From a virus (Duplodnaviria > Caudoviricetes): DNA of 64,000 nt. A model generated the notes under the pieces. It searched no databases, was not told the origin of the DNA, and saw only the letters and a program-made list of their open reading frames with translations. Location of the stretch: the IMG/VR virus record IMGVR_UViG_3300028887_000090, positions 1-64,000 of that record; one strand, given 5' to 3'. The position numbers and the translations under genes are program-made. Below are positions 1 to 8,771 of this stretch, piece after piece. Each line of letters begins with the position of its first letter. Within the stretch, counting starts at the first letter, position 1.

Positions 1-331
1 GTCCGTCTGGCTGAAGGGTGCCTGGGGTGCCCGTGTGTGCCTCCATGTGTCCGGACGGGTGCCAGATGTGCCAGGGGTGCCAGTTCTGGACGTGTGCCCG
101 TCTGTATGCCTGAAGGGTGCCAGGGGTGCCCGTGTGTGCCTCCATGAGTCCGGACGGGTGCCAGATGTGCCAGGGGTGCCAGTTCTGGACGTGTGCCCGT
201 CTGACGGCCTGAAGGGTGCCAGGGGTGCCCGTGTGTGCCTCCATGTGTCCGGACGGGTGCCAGATGTGCCAGGGGTGCCAGTTCTGGACGTGTGCCCGTC
301 TGTATGCCTGAAGGGTGCCAGGGGTGCCCGT
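1..331. repeat. GC-rich 99-bp tandem repeat, about 3.3 copies, possibly continuing left of the window
   Basis: GAAGGGTGCC recurs at 13, 112, 211 and 310; units near-identical, with internal GGGTGCC sub-repeats. Confidence 0.95.
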
Positions 332-451
332 ACCTATATATATTATACTTTCGTTATAGAATCACTGAAAAATCAGGCTTTTTATAGTTTGTGCGTTTTT
401 TCACTGATTTTTGAGTTCAAAAGTACCTATTTTGTAAATTATTCCGAAAAC

Positions 452-516
452 TTTCGCTTTTTCTTGAAAATTTTTCTCTTTTTATTTGGTAGTTTAAAAT
501 AAAAGTTGTACCTTTG
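452..516 (+). promoter_or_regulatory. Bacteroidetes-type promoter with upstream 18-bp box (inverted copy)
   Basis: TTTG 485-488, 20 nt, TACCTTTG 509-516; box TTTCGCTTTTTCTTGAAA 452-469. Confidence 0.8.
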
Positions 517-569
517 CAACATCAAAAGTAATTAGTAACCGTGGCGAGGCCACACAAAAAAATTTAGTT

Positions 570-827
570 ATGGCAAAAAAGAAATTTTCCCTGGACTACA
601 TCCTAAACAAGTTAGAAGAATGTGAAAAGCGTCTTTATAGCGTCGATAATAATTTACGCTATATTAAGGCCCTACAGTGTTTTAAATTGTGGCTGGATCG
701 CCTGGACGCGCTTTATCAGTTATCGGCCTATCATATGGCCTATTTTACGACGGGTGCCGGTTACAGTACATACGAACGAGTATTAAATAGTATTCAGGCG
801 TATCGTTATGGCGAACGGCCCTTCTAA
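570..827 (+). CDS. hypothetical early protein
   Basis: ORF directly downstream of promoter with AT-rich leader. Confidence 0.75.
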   Translation: MAKKKFSLDYILNKLEECEKRLYSVDNNLRYIKALQCFKLWLDRLDALYQLSAYHMAYFTTGAGYSTYERVLNSIQAYRYGERPF

Positions 828-891
828 ATCACTTCTTTATAGTTAACGAAATTATTCACCAAGTTTATAGAACTTACAAAAATTTACAGTT

Positions 892-1584
892 ATGTCAGCA
901 CCTAATTTTAATTGTAGTCACAATTCGCGTCACCTTTATGCTTTTTGTTGTTTCAATAACGACTTCGACGCTTACAAAAAGGATCTGAAGGAAAACGATC
1001 CAGATTATTACGAAGAAAACGAGGACTATTTAGAAAATAGTTCCTGGGCTGAATCTGATTGGTACGACTCTGAAAAAGAATACTATCTGGACTGGCTTAA
1101 AGAAGCTCTGGAGGAAAAATTTGGCCGCCAGTGTGACTTTATAGATCTTCTGAAAAATCACGTTTATGATGGTACGGAAATTTGCACTATTTCGAAATCT
1201 ATCACTTTTGCCGGTATTGACTTTGATTTAGAAGTGTCGATCGACTTCGAGGCCGGTTATTATGAAGGTTTTAAACTGGACTGGAATATTAAAAATCTGG
1301 CCGGTTATGAATGTGACTCTGTGGACGATCTGGAGAATCAGGACTTAATAGATATTTTGACTGGCGACACATATTATGGCTGGAGTTATAGAGACGGCCT
1401 GAAATTAGGGCTTGCAAAGATGTTGGCACCTAAATTCCGTAAACGTCTGGAGAATGAATTAAAGGCCCTGACGGATGGAATAGACGACTGTCTGGAAAAG
1501 GTGGCCCCCTGTTGTGTCGAAGGTCACTGTCTGAGTAATGGCGAAGGTATTTACTGGCCTGTTGAAAAGGAAAAGGCCGCCTAA
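892..1584 (+). CDS. acidic hypothetical early protein
   Basis: 230-aa D/E-rich ORF. Confidence 0.8.
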   Translation: MSAPNFNCSHNSRHLYAFCCFNNDFDAYKKDLKENDPDYYEENEDYLENSSWAESDWYDSEKEYYLDWLKEALEEKFGRQCDFIDLLKNHVYDGTEICTISKSITFAGIDFDLEVSIDFEAGYYEGFKLDWNIKNLAGYECDSVDDLENQDLIDILTGDTYYGWSYRDGLKLGLAKMLAPKFRKRLENELKALTDGIDDCLEKVAPCCVEGHCLSNGEGIYWPVEKEKAA

Positions 1585-1638
1585 AACCGGCCTTTATAGA
1601 CTCCACAATTATTCACCAATTTTTAAAATCAAGAAATT

Positions 1639-1848
1639 ATGTTAGTTTTAGCTTTCGACTCAAATGTGTACGGCCTGGACGATCTGAAGGCCATGAGCCC
1701 TGAAGAACTTTTAGATCTGGCCCAAACAGACAAAAGTACTGGCGGTGATACGTGCGAAATTTCGACTCCTGAAGAATTTTCGAATCTCTTTAATACTGGC
1801 TATGTGTCGCCAGATTGCAGCTACATTTTCTTCGTTGATAAACATTAA
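1639..1848 (+). CDS. small acidic hypothetical protein
   Basis: 69-aa ORF in co-oriented cluster. Confidence 0.7.
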   Translation: MLVLAFDSNVYGLDDLKAMSPEELLDLAQTDKSTGGDTCEISTPEEFSNLFNTGYVSPDCSYIFFVDKH

Positions 1849-1860
1849 TTCTACCCTATT

Positions 1861-2022
1861 ATGAGTACTGTTGCATTTTACCGTTATCAGGTACGACTTG
1901 TTAACCGGCTGGCCAGTCTGTTAGAACGCTGGCCCCGTCTGACCTCCTGGCTCCTGTTGGCCTTCTCTATCTGGGCTGTTTACTATATCTTTATGAATTA
2001 CCGTTTTACGACGTACATGTAA
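1861..2022 (+). CDS. small membrane protein (53 aa, below ORF-track cutoff)
   Basis: MSTVAFYRYQ...WLLLAFSIWAVYYIFMNYRFTTYM*; fills the gap between genes. Confidence 0.55.
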   Translation: MSTVAFYRYQVRLVNRLASLLERWPRLTSWLLLAFSIWAVYYIFMNYRFTTYM

Positions 2023-2085
2023 TAGGCCCTTTATAGCATCTGCGATTATTCACCAATTTTATAAAATTACAAAAATTCATTTATT

Positions 2086-2496
2086 ATGTATTCAACAAAT
2101 TATTCCGTGGCCGTTAACTGGCTCCACAACGATTTTATTCTGTGTAATAACATTCCAGAGATTGATCCTTCAGTGTTCGATAATATGCGTTTCAGTCTGT
2201 ATCGTGACGACGACGATCAGGACGACGACGAAGATAACGACGACGACGAAAAAGATACACCGTCGTATGAGCTGCACCATCCGGACTGTGACCGCGAAAT
2301 TTTCCAGTGGTATCTGACAAATTGTAGCGACGAAGATGTGGCGTTTCTTGAAGAGCATTTCGGCCTCCTGTTCACTTATAGCGATACGCTGGAATTATAC
2401 GTTTTGTGTGTTGACCATTTCGGCACCTCCTGGAGTTATGTTCACTGTGACACTGATCTCGAAAACGCTATCCGTGAAGAAGGTCAGGAAAGATAG
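2086..2496 (+). CDS. highly acidic hypothetical protein
   Basis: 136 aa with poly-Asp run. Confidence 0.8.
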   Translation: MYSTNYSVAVNWLHNDFILCNNIPEIDPSVFDNMRFSLYRDDDDQDDDEDNDDDEKDTPSYELHHPDCDREIFQWYLTNCSDEDVAFLEEHFGLLFTYSDTLELYVLCVDHFGTSWSYVHCDTDLENAIREEGQER

Positions 2497-2586
2497 CCCC
2501 TAATCTATTTCCCTGGAGGCTCTTTATAGGGCCTCCAGAATTTCACCAAATTCATAAATTCATTAATTCATTTAAAAGTAAACATT

Positions 2587-3480
2587 ATGAAAACGAAAAA
2601 TAGCATTCAGAATTATAAGAACACTAACGACATGTACCATATCCATGAGGGCCAGTTAGTTGAATGGCGTGGGGCCATTGTTGAGATTAAAGGCTGTAGT
2701 GACGCTAACGATCGTGTTATATTGTGCCTGAAGGGTGGCGACCTTGTTCCTGCCCGTGCTGGCGAATTAAAGGCGACTGAGGCCAAGAAAAAGGCCCTGC
2801 CGGTATGGTGTAAGCGTGGCACCGTGATAGCACATCAGGACGGCCAGAAATACGTGATAGAGTCCGTTGGACGTACCCAGGTGTATTTCTGTTCAGGTGG
2901 CGCACATCAGTTGGCCGCTGTTATGCTCTATTATGCACCATTAGAGAATCAGCCATTGGCCCCGTCGTGGCTTGTTCCAGGCGCAAAAGTGAAGTGTCGT
3001 GGATATGGTGACAGTGAAGTGCTGGACGTTCAGGGAATGGCCGTTCGTTGCCGTTGTTATATTGGTAATGGTGAGTCGTTTGAACTGACATGCACGCCAG
3101 ATCATTGTGAACTGAAGGAAAAGCCTGTTTATAGCGAGGCTGCGAAATCACCGGTTCCAGAAGGTGAGACGGCTGTATGTGAGAAAAAGGCTTATTCTTG
3201 CAAAGGTGAGTCCATTCCCTATTGGGAAGTACGTCTGGGCCGCAAAAAGGTATGCGAAATAAACTATCCAAGTGAGATTTTGGGCTCCACATCTTTTAAG
3301 GTGAGCTTTCCACATATAGGCATGGCCATTACAGATGTTCAGACGCTTCAGGAGGCTCAGGAAAAGGCTCAAAAATATCTGTTCGAGTTCTTCCACATTA
3401 CGAAGATTACTGACCGTCTGGGCTACCCATTCGACTTGTGTGTGTTGTTTGAGGATCCATTACTTCAGGACGTTGCCTGA
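2587..3480 (+). CDS. hypothetical protein, possibly several small beta-rich domains
   Basis: 297-aa ORF. Confidence 0.7.
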   Translation: MKTKNSIQNYKNTNDMYHIHEGQLVEWRGAIVEIKGCSDANDRVILCLKGGDLVPARAGELKATEAKKKALPVWCKRGTVIAHQDGQKYVIESVGRTQVYFCSGGAHQLAAVMLYYAPLENQPLAPSWLVPGAKVKCRGYGDSEVLDVQGMAVRCRCYIGNGESFELTCTPDHCELKEKPVYSEAAKSPVPEGETAVCEKKAYSCKGESIPYWEVRLGRKKVCEINYPSEILGSTSFKVSFPHIGMAITDVQTLQEAQEKAQKYLFEFFHITKITDRLGYPFDLCVLFEDPLLQDVA

Positions 3481-3554
3481 AGTGATGGCCCTACCCTATT
3501 ATAGCGCATGAGATTTTTCACCAATTTAAGAAATTACAAAAAACGTATAGCATT

Positions 3555-3932
3555 ATGAAAAAGACTTTGACAGTACAGTTGATAGGATTCCAGATTGTAG
3601 GCATGACCGCTTTGGCCCTTTGGGGTGGTGGCGAGGGTACAATACCTATGGAGCCAGTCCGTTTAAATCAGGAGTCCTACCCTACCCCTGAACAGATCCG
3701 TGAGGCCATTAATGATAATGGCTTTGGTGTGGAATGTATGGAAGGTGCCCTGGTTCGTGTTGATGAGCTCTACGAATGTGGTGCCCGTGAATATGGTGAG
3801 ACACAGTTTATGAACATCAGCCATTATAGTGATAAGCACGTTCTGGACGTATTGAGCTGGGGCCATGAGCAGAGTCCTGTCAGCGTCTGGGAACTGGATG
3901 ATGAGATACTTCGCAGGAATGGCTTATTATAG
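3555..3932 (+). CDS. hypothetical protein
   Basis: 125-aa ORF. Confidence 0.7.
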   Translation: MKKTLTVQLIGFQIVGMTALALWGGGEGTIPMEPVRLNQESYPTPEQIREAINDNGFGVECMEGALVRVDELYECGAREYGETQFMNISHYSDKHVLDVLSWGHEQSPVSVWELDDEILRRNGLL

Positions 3933-3981
3933 GCCCTGCGAATTTTCACAGTTTTCATTAATTCATAAATTCATTAGCATT

Positions 3982-4587
3982 ATGAACACAACAGATATTA
4001 AGACTCGACTCTATACGTCGGCACATTATAATCCGTTCTTCATGGATGGACTGGAGATCGATCATATTATTTTCTATCGTGATGGCAAAGAGATTGCCAG
4101 CCTGAATTGGTTTGGTACAGATAATCACTATATCGTGATTTATTTCCCCTTCGAGGTAAAGAAGGCTGCAAAGTTGAATCTGAATCGCCAGGATGCCTTC
4201 TATATGCGTAGTAAGACCGATTGGAAGCGTTGTTATAACCTGTATATTCATGCCGATCTGACAGACCTGAAGAGTCTGGGCCGTGAGGACTATTTGAGTG
4301 ATTGGGATCGTGATGGTAGCCGCGAGAAGTTTACCATTACCATTCATGGTGAGCGTCGCGAGTGGTATCTGGATAAGGCAACCGGACAGCGTAAATGTAA
4401 TACTGAGAAGGGTGACTTTGTGGAAACGTTTGGAGCCAATTATCAGTCAGTACTTACAGCGGAATATCGCAAATGTGAGAAGATTGCTGAGAAGTGGAAG
4501 CAGCTGGCCTATATCAGTGTTTCGCCTTTTGACATTCATCGTCTTATGAAGGCTTACAATATCAGTGAGAAGCGTCAGAAGAAATGA
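3982..4587 (+). CDS. hypothetical protein
   Basis: ORF 3865..4587; likely start is ATG 3982 after the intergenic motif. Confidence 0.7.
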   Translation: MNTTDIKTRLYTSAHYNPFFMDGLEIDHIIFYRDGKEIASLNWFGTDNHYIVIYFPFEVKKAAKLNLNRQDAFYMRSKTDWKRCYNLYIHADLTDLKSLGREDYLSDWDRDGSREKFTITIHGERREWYLDKATGQRKCNTEKGDFVETFGANYQSVLTAEYRKCEKIAEKWKQLAYISVSPFDIHRLMKAYNISEKRQKK

Positions 4588-4646
4588 TCTCTTTATAGAC
4601 TGTCTGCGAAATCACAAAATTCATAAATTCATAAATTCATTAAGTT

Positions 4647-5063
4647 ATGGAATCTTTCTTTGATTATTGCAAAAATTACATCCTGGATAATCTTGAAAAT
4701 TACGAAGGGAATAACGTTTATATGTGTGATCTGAGTATCGAGCTGACTGAAGGGATGTGTGCTGATGGTACGTTTACTTATTCCACTGCGAAGGCCGAGC
4801 AGTACTTGATTGAATGGATCGGTGAAGCTGGTGAGTATTTCGATTACGAGAAGGCTAACTTTGGCCAGAACACTAATCCATTTTCGAATGTCGAGTTATT
4901 CCTGGTTCGTATGGTGTCTGAAGGTGTTAGGGCTATTCTTTCGCAGTGTCCGACTGTTACATCTGATGAGAACTGGAATAGTGAAATGGAGTTGACAGCT
5001 GAACTTATTCAGAAGATCAAAGATGAAGTCGAAGAAGTTGAAGAAGGCGAAGATCTCTTCTGA
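4647..5063 (+). CDS. acidic protein, candidate DNA mimic
   Basis: 138 aa, very D/E-rich, ends EVEEVEEGEDLF. Confidence 0.7.
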   Translation: MESFFDYCKNYILDNLENYEGNNVYMCDLSIELTEGMCADGTFTYSTAKAEQYLIEWIGEAGEYFDYEKANFGQNTNPFSNVELFLVRMVSEGVRAILSQCPTVTSDENWNSEMELTAELIQKIKDEVEEVEEGEDLF

Positions 5064-5167
5064 TATATAAATAACTTGTTTCTCTCCTACCCCACCCGCT
5101 CATGGCTGGCGGGGCTTTGTATTCATCAATTCATTAATTCACCAATTTTGTAAAAACTTTCGAAAAT

Positions 5168-5232
5168 TTTCAAGAAAAAGCGAAAATAATTAGGTTTTTA
5201 TTTGGTCAATTCAAAATTATTACCTATCTTTG
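5168..5232 (+). promoter_or_regulatory. Bacteroidetes-type promoter with upstream 18-bp box
   Basis: box TTTCAAGAAAAAGCGAAA 5168-5185; TTTG 5201-5204; TATCTTTG 5225-5232. Confidence 0.8.
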
Positions 5233-5295
5233 CAGCGTGAAATTTAATTTTTATTATTAACCGATGCTTTTGCATCACTAAAAAATTTAAGAGTT

Positions 5296-6189
5296 ATGGC
5301 AAATTCAATTAGCAATTTCGAGAGTTACGCAATCAGCAGCAACCTGTTCCCCTGTGTGTTTGTGGGTATGTATGAGACCGGTCTATCTTCTACGAAGTAT
5401 GAAGAGGACATGAGCAGCTGTTATTGTGACAGTGAGCATCCATTTAGTTATGTGACCGTCGATCAGGAACGTTGGGAGTTGGAAATCGTGGAGCGGGCTG
5501 GTAAGTTCATCAGTGAGCGTGTGGTGCCTATGATGCAGAAATATGGTCTGAAGGATATTCAGGTAGAGCAGATTCATTCGCCTAAGTATTATAACTTCGA
5601 GACTGACTGTTTGTATTTCACTGTGATCATGCAAAAGACATGGCGACGTAAGATGAAGAAATTTCTGAAGGAGTTCCGTAAGGATGAGAAGTTTGATAAT
5701 TATATCTGTGAGCACTACCATTCACGTTCTGGCTTCTGTTCATTCATGCCCCAGGATATTGATGAGATTGAGGCATTCGACGACGAAGAACGCTGCATTG
5801 GTGCCTATCTGACTCTGTGCCTTCTAAATGAGGGCCAGATAGATATGGCTGATGAGTTCTACGAGGATTGCAGCGAATGGCTGTGGGAAAACACTTGTGC
5901 TGATGAGACATACGACCTTCTGGAGGAGAATAGTCTGGACTTCGATTCATTCGACGTGGAAGAGCTGGTGGCTCTATATAATAATGATGAGAAGTGGAAT
6001 GAAATCTATTGGAACCTGGTGCAGAAGCTCAATGGTTTCCCCTGGTTGCATGATGAGAAAACGAAGTGTATCGAGGGTAAGGCCGATTGCTTCATGTCAC
6101 ATAATGCTGAGAATGATGGTATGCGCCTCCTGTTCTGGGCTGCCCAGCAGGGCCATAAGGCTAACGACTTAATCCGGATGGCTGCCTGA
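5296..6189 (+). CDS. acidic hypothetical phage protein
   Basis: 297-aa ORF after promoter. Confidence 0.8.
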   Translation: MANSISNFESYAISSNLFPCVFVGMYETGLSSTKYEEDMSSCYCDSEHPFSYVTVDQERWELEIVERAGKFISERVVPMMQKYGLKDIQVEQIHSPKYYNFETDCLYFTVIMQKTWRRKMKKFLKEFRKDEKFDNYICEHYHSRSGFCSFMPQDIDEIEAFDDEERCIGAYLTLCLLNEGQIDMADEFYEDCSEWLWENTCADETYDLLEENSLDFDSFDVEELVALYNNDEKWNEIYWNLVQKLNGFPWLHDEKTKCIEGKADCFMSHNAENDGMRLLFWAAQQGHKANDLIRMAA

Positions 6190-6251
6190 TAGGGTGGCCG
6201 TCCATTAGTTCATTAATTCATTGGTTCATTAATTCATAAATTTATAAGGAT

Positions 6252-6542
6252 ATGGCAAAGAAGAAGTATGTGATGACCGAGGAAGATAAACAGTATTTTC
6301 TTCGTCAGGGCTATAAGGTGAAGGATATGGCAAATATACAGAAGTGTATCAACACTGTGCGCCTGGTGATGACAAATGGTTATGGTGAACAGCAGATCAC
6401 ACCAAAGAACGCTATCAATGTGTTGGGCCGTGAAAAGTTCCTGAGTGGTGTTGACCGTGCTATGGGCCACATGACTTGTGCGCGTGCCAGTGACATTCAT
6501 CCTGGCTTGGGTGTGTGTTTCTCGTTGGCTCATCTATGGTAA
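6252..6542 (+). CDS. hypothetical protein
   Basis: 96-aa ORF. Confidence 0.7.
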   Translation: MAKKKYVMTEEDKQYFLRQGYKVKDMANIQKCINTVRLVMTNGYGEQQITPKNAINVLGREKFLSGVDRAMGHMTCARASDIHPGLGVCFSLAHLW

Positions 6543-6580
6543 AAGTTTGTTTTGAGTAAAATTGCAAAAAGTATTGAGTT

Positions 6581-7369
6581 ATGGCAAAGAAAGAAAAAAT
6601 CGCTGAGGTGCTTCAGCAGGAATTTGACAAAGGACATTACGAGGCAGTGACTCCCGCGTTTTCGCAGGTGCCGGAGGTGATTTGTATCAAGACGGAGCAG
6701 GGTGCTTATTCCTTCCCCAACGATAAGGATATGTGGAAAAGTATTGATAGCCGTCAGAAGGCTTTGGATCGCGTGATTAGCAACCGCCAGAACTATGGCG
6801 ATGACCGTGGACGCTGTGCAGTGTTTAAGGATAACAAAACCGCTCTCGACCTGGGACTGTTGAAGGGCCGTCCTGACTATCTTCGCTGTGCCTACCGCTC
6901 GTGGCTCATGGCCCAGAATGCGCCTGAGAAGTTGCGCCGGTATGTGTATCACAATCTGATAGTGATGTGCAACCGCTATCATGGCGATGCTGAGAAGTTC
7001 TATCTTCAGGACATCAGCGACTATACTTTCCAGGTGCTGCCACCGGCATGGCGCAAGTGTATGGATGAAGAATGCCCAGAGTTGAAGGATGTGATTTTAG
7101 GCGACGTGCTGGAGCAGTTGACTCCGAGCTTCAAGGAAGGGCAGACCATTGCCAGAAAAATGATTGGAGGCCGGTTCGTGAAGTGTAAGATAGTGGGTGT
7201 GGAATATAACTATCAATTCTCTATCCGGCGTGGCGAGCTGGGTAGTAATCCCTTCGTGATGGAGTATCGGGTGCAGAACGTGGATGATAACAGCCGCTAT
7301 CCGCATACATACAGTGTGCGCCGTGATAATGCCTATCCCGCGTTTCATGCAGAGAAGAAGGATAAATAA
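6581..7369 (+). CDS. hypothetical protein
   Basis: 262-aa ORF. Confidence 0.75.
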   Translation: MAKKEKIAEVLQQEFDKGHYEAVTPAFSQVPEVICIKTEQGAYSFPNDKDMWKSIDSRQKALDRVISNRQNYGDDRGRCAVFKDNKTALDLGLLKGRPDYLRCAYRSWLMAQNAPEKLRRYVYHNLIVMCNRYHGDAEKFYLQDISDYTFQVLPPAWRKCMDEECPELKDVILGDVLEQLTPSFKEGQTIARKMIGGRFVKCKIVGVEYNYQFSIRRGELGSNPFVMEYRVQNVDDNSRYPHTYSVRRDNAYPAFHAEKKDK

Positions 7370-7380
7370 TAATATAAGGT

Positions 7381-7731
7381 ATGGAGAAATTTCAATATAC
7401 ATTTAGTGTAAGTCAGGCAGTAGGGGAGCACGGGCATGAGTTCCCCGTTCTGACTGCGAACGAATATCCCTGGATGAACATCCAGATAGTGCCGACGGCC
7501 TCACATCAGCGCGATATGATTCTGAAACTGTTGCAAGGCCAAGGGCATACCATTGCCGAGGTGGAGGGCCGTCAGGACTTCGTGGCTATACAGGCCGGTG
7601 GTGGTACGCCAGAACATCCGACTATCGAGATTACAGCCCAGAACTACCGCCAAGTGTCGGTGATATTGCGTGAGTGCCTGAAAGCTGGTGCCGAGTGGTG
7701 GGCTAAGGAGCATGAATTGGTGAAACCATAA
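7381..7731 (+). CDS. hypothetical protein
   Basis: 116-aa ORF. Confidence 0.7.
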   Translation: MEKFQYTFSVSQAVGEHGHEFPVLTANEYPWMNIQIVPTASHQRDMILKLLQGQGHTIAEVEGRQDFVAIQAGGGTPEHPTIEITAQNYRQVSVILRECLKAGAEWWAKEHELVKP

Positions 7732-7793
7732 TTTCATCAATTCATGTAATTATAAGTCCATAAATTAATGAATTTGTAAAGAAACCCGAAAAC

Positions 7794-7858
7794 TTTCAAG
7801 AAAAAGCGAAAATAAATACTATTTTATTTTGTCAATTCGGAATAAATGACTATCTTTG
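7794..7858 (+). promoter_or_regulatory. Bacteroidetes-type promoter with upstream 18-bp box
   Basis: box 7794-7811; TTTG 7828-7831; TATCTTTG 7851-7858. Confidence 0.8.
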
Positions 7859-7918
7859 CACCAGATAAGTAAACAAGATGTATAACCGAGGGTGAAACCT
7901 CACAAAACAATTAGAGAC

Positions 7919-8335
7919 ATGTTAGTAACAATCAACAACGAGAACAAGCAGGTAAACGTCACCATTCAGGGTGGCACAATGACCGTAGAGTTAGAGCGTG
8001 GCAACTTCGTGCTGGAGGATGCAGTCAACACAGAGTATGACTTCGAGACCGAAGAGGATTATGCCCGCTTGTTGCATGATGCAGCCCTGAGTCTGGTGAC
8101 GCTGGGTAACGACATCAAGACTTTCGAGCAGTGGGAGGAACTGTTTAGCTCATGGGCTGACGTGGAGCCAAGTGCCGAAGCAGCCCCAGAGGATATCGAG
8201 GAATATAACGAGTGCTTGAAGAATGACCGTTCCGACTTCGAACGTGAGCAGAAAGCAGCTGCCGACTGGAAGGCTGTGACCGACTTGGACGGACACGCCA
8301 TTTGGGAATACCTCGAAAAGCGTTGGGAGATCTAA
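7919..8335 (+). CDS. acidic hypothetical protein
   Basis: ORF 7892..8335; first ATG at 7919. Confidence 0.75.
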   Translation: MLVTINNENKQVNVTIQGGTMTVELERGNFVLEDAVNTEYDFETEEDYARLLHDAALSLVTLGNDIKTFEQWEELFSSWADVEPSAEAAPEDIEEYNECLKNDRSDFEREQKAAADWKAVTDLDGHAIWEYLEKRWEI

Positions 8336-8375
8336 ACACGAATTATCATTAATTTAAAATATAGGAGATAAGGAT

Positions 8376-8714
8376 ATGGAAAAGGACGTTACAATGAATT
8401 TGGTTTGTGGCATCGTGGCCGACTTTATGAACCAGGTGAATGATGGTGAGCGTTTTGCTTTCGAGAAGGCCGTACATGCTTTCAAAGAGAATGTGGAGCT
8501 GACCGATGAGCAGGAGGCTATGGTAAGAAATTCGCTGTTGCATTTGGAGATTATCGCCAACAATATCGAGAATGAAGAGACAATAAAACATATCGTAGGT
8601 ATGGAGTGCAATATTCTCCTTTGGACGGTGGCCGCTGACTGGCATTGCCTGAACACCCGTACCCTGGGTGATACCGACGACTATCTACAAGAGATCAATA
8701 AGGATAAGAACTAA
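8376..8714 (+). CDS. hypothetical protein
   Basis: 112-aa ORF. Confidence 0.7.
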   Translation: MEKDVTMNLVCGIVADFMNQVNDGERFAFEKAVHAFKENVELTDEQEAMVRNSLLHLEIIANNIENEETIKHIVGMECNILLWTVAADWHCLNTRTLGDTDDYLQEINKDKN

Positions 8715-8771
8715 GTTATAGCATACGAGATTATTCACCAAGTTATACGACTTACAAAAATTCAGAGAATT

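Noticed and set aside
35-502. 155-aa ORF
   Set aside because: It is a by-product of the 99-bp repeat (a multiple of 3) and runs through promoter DNA.
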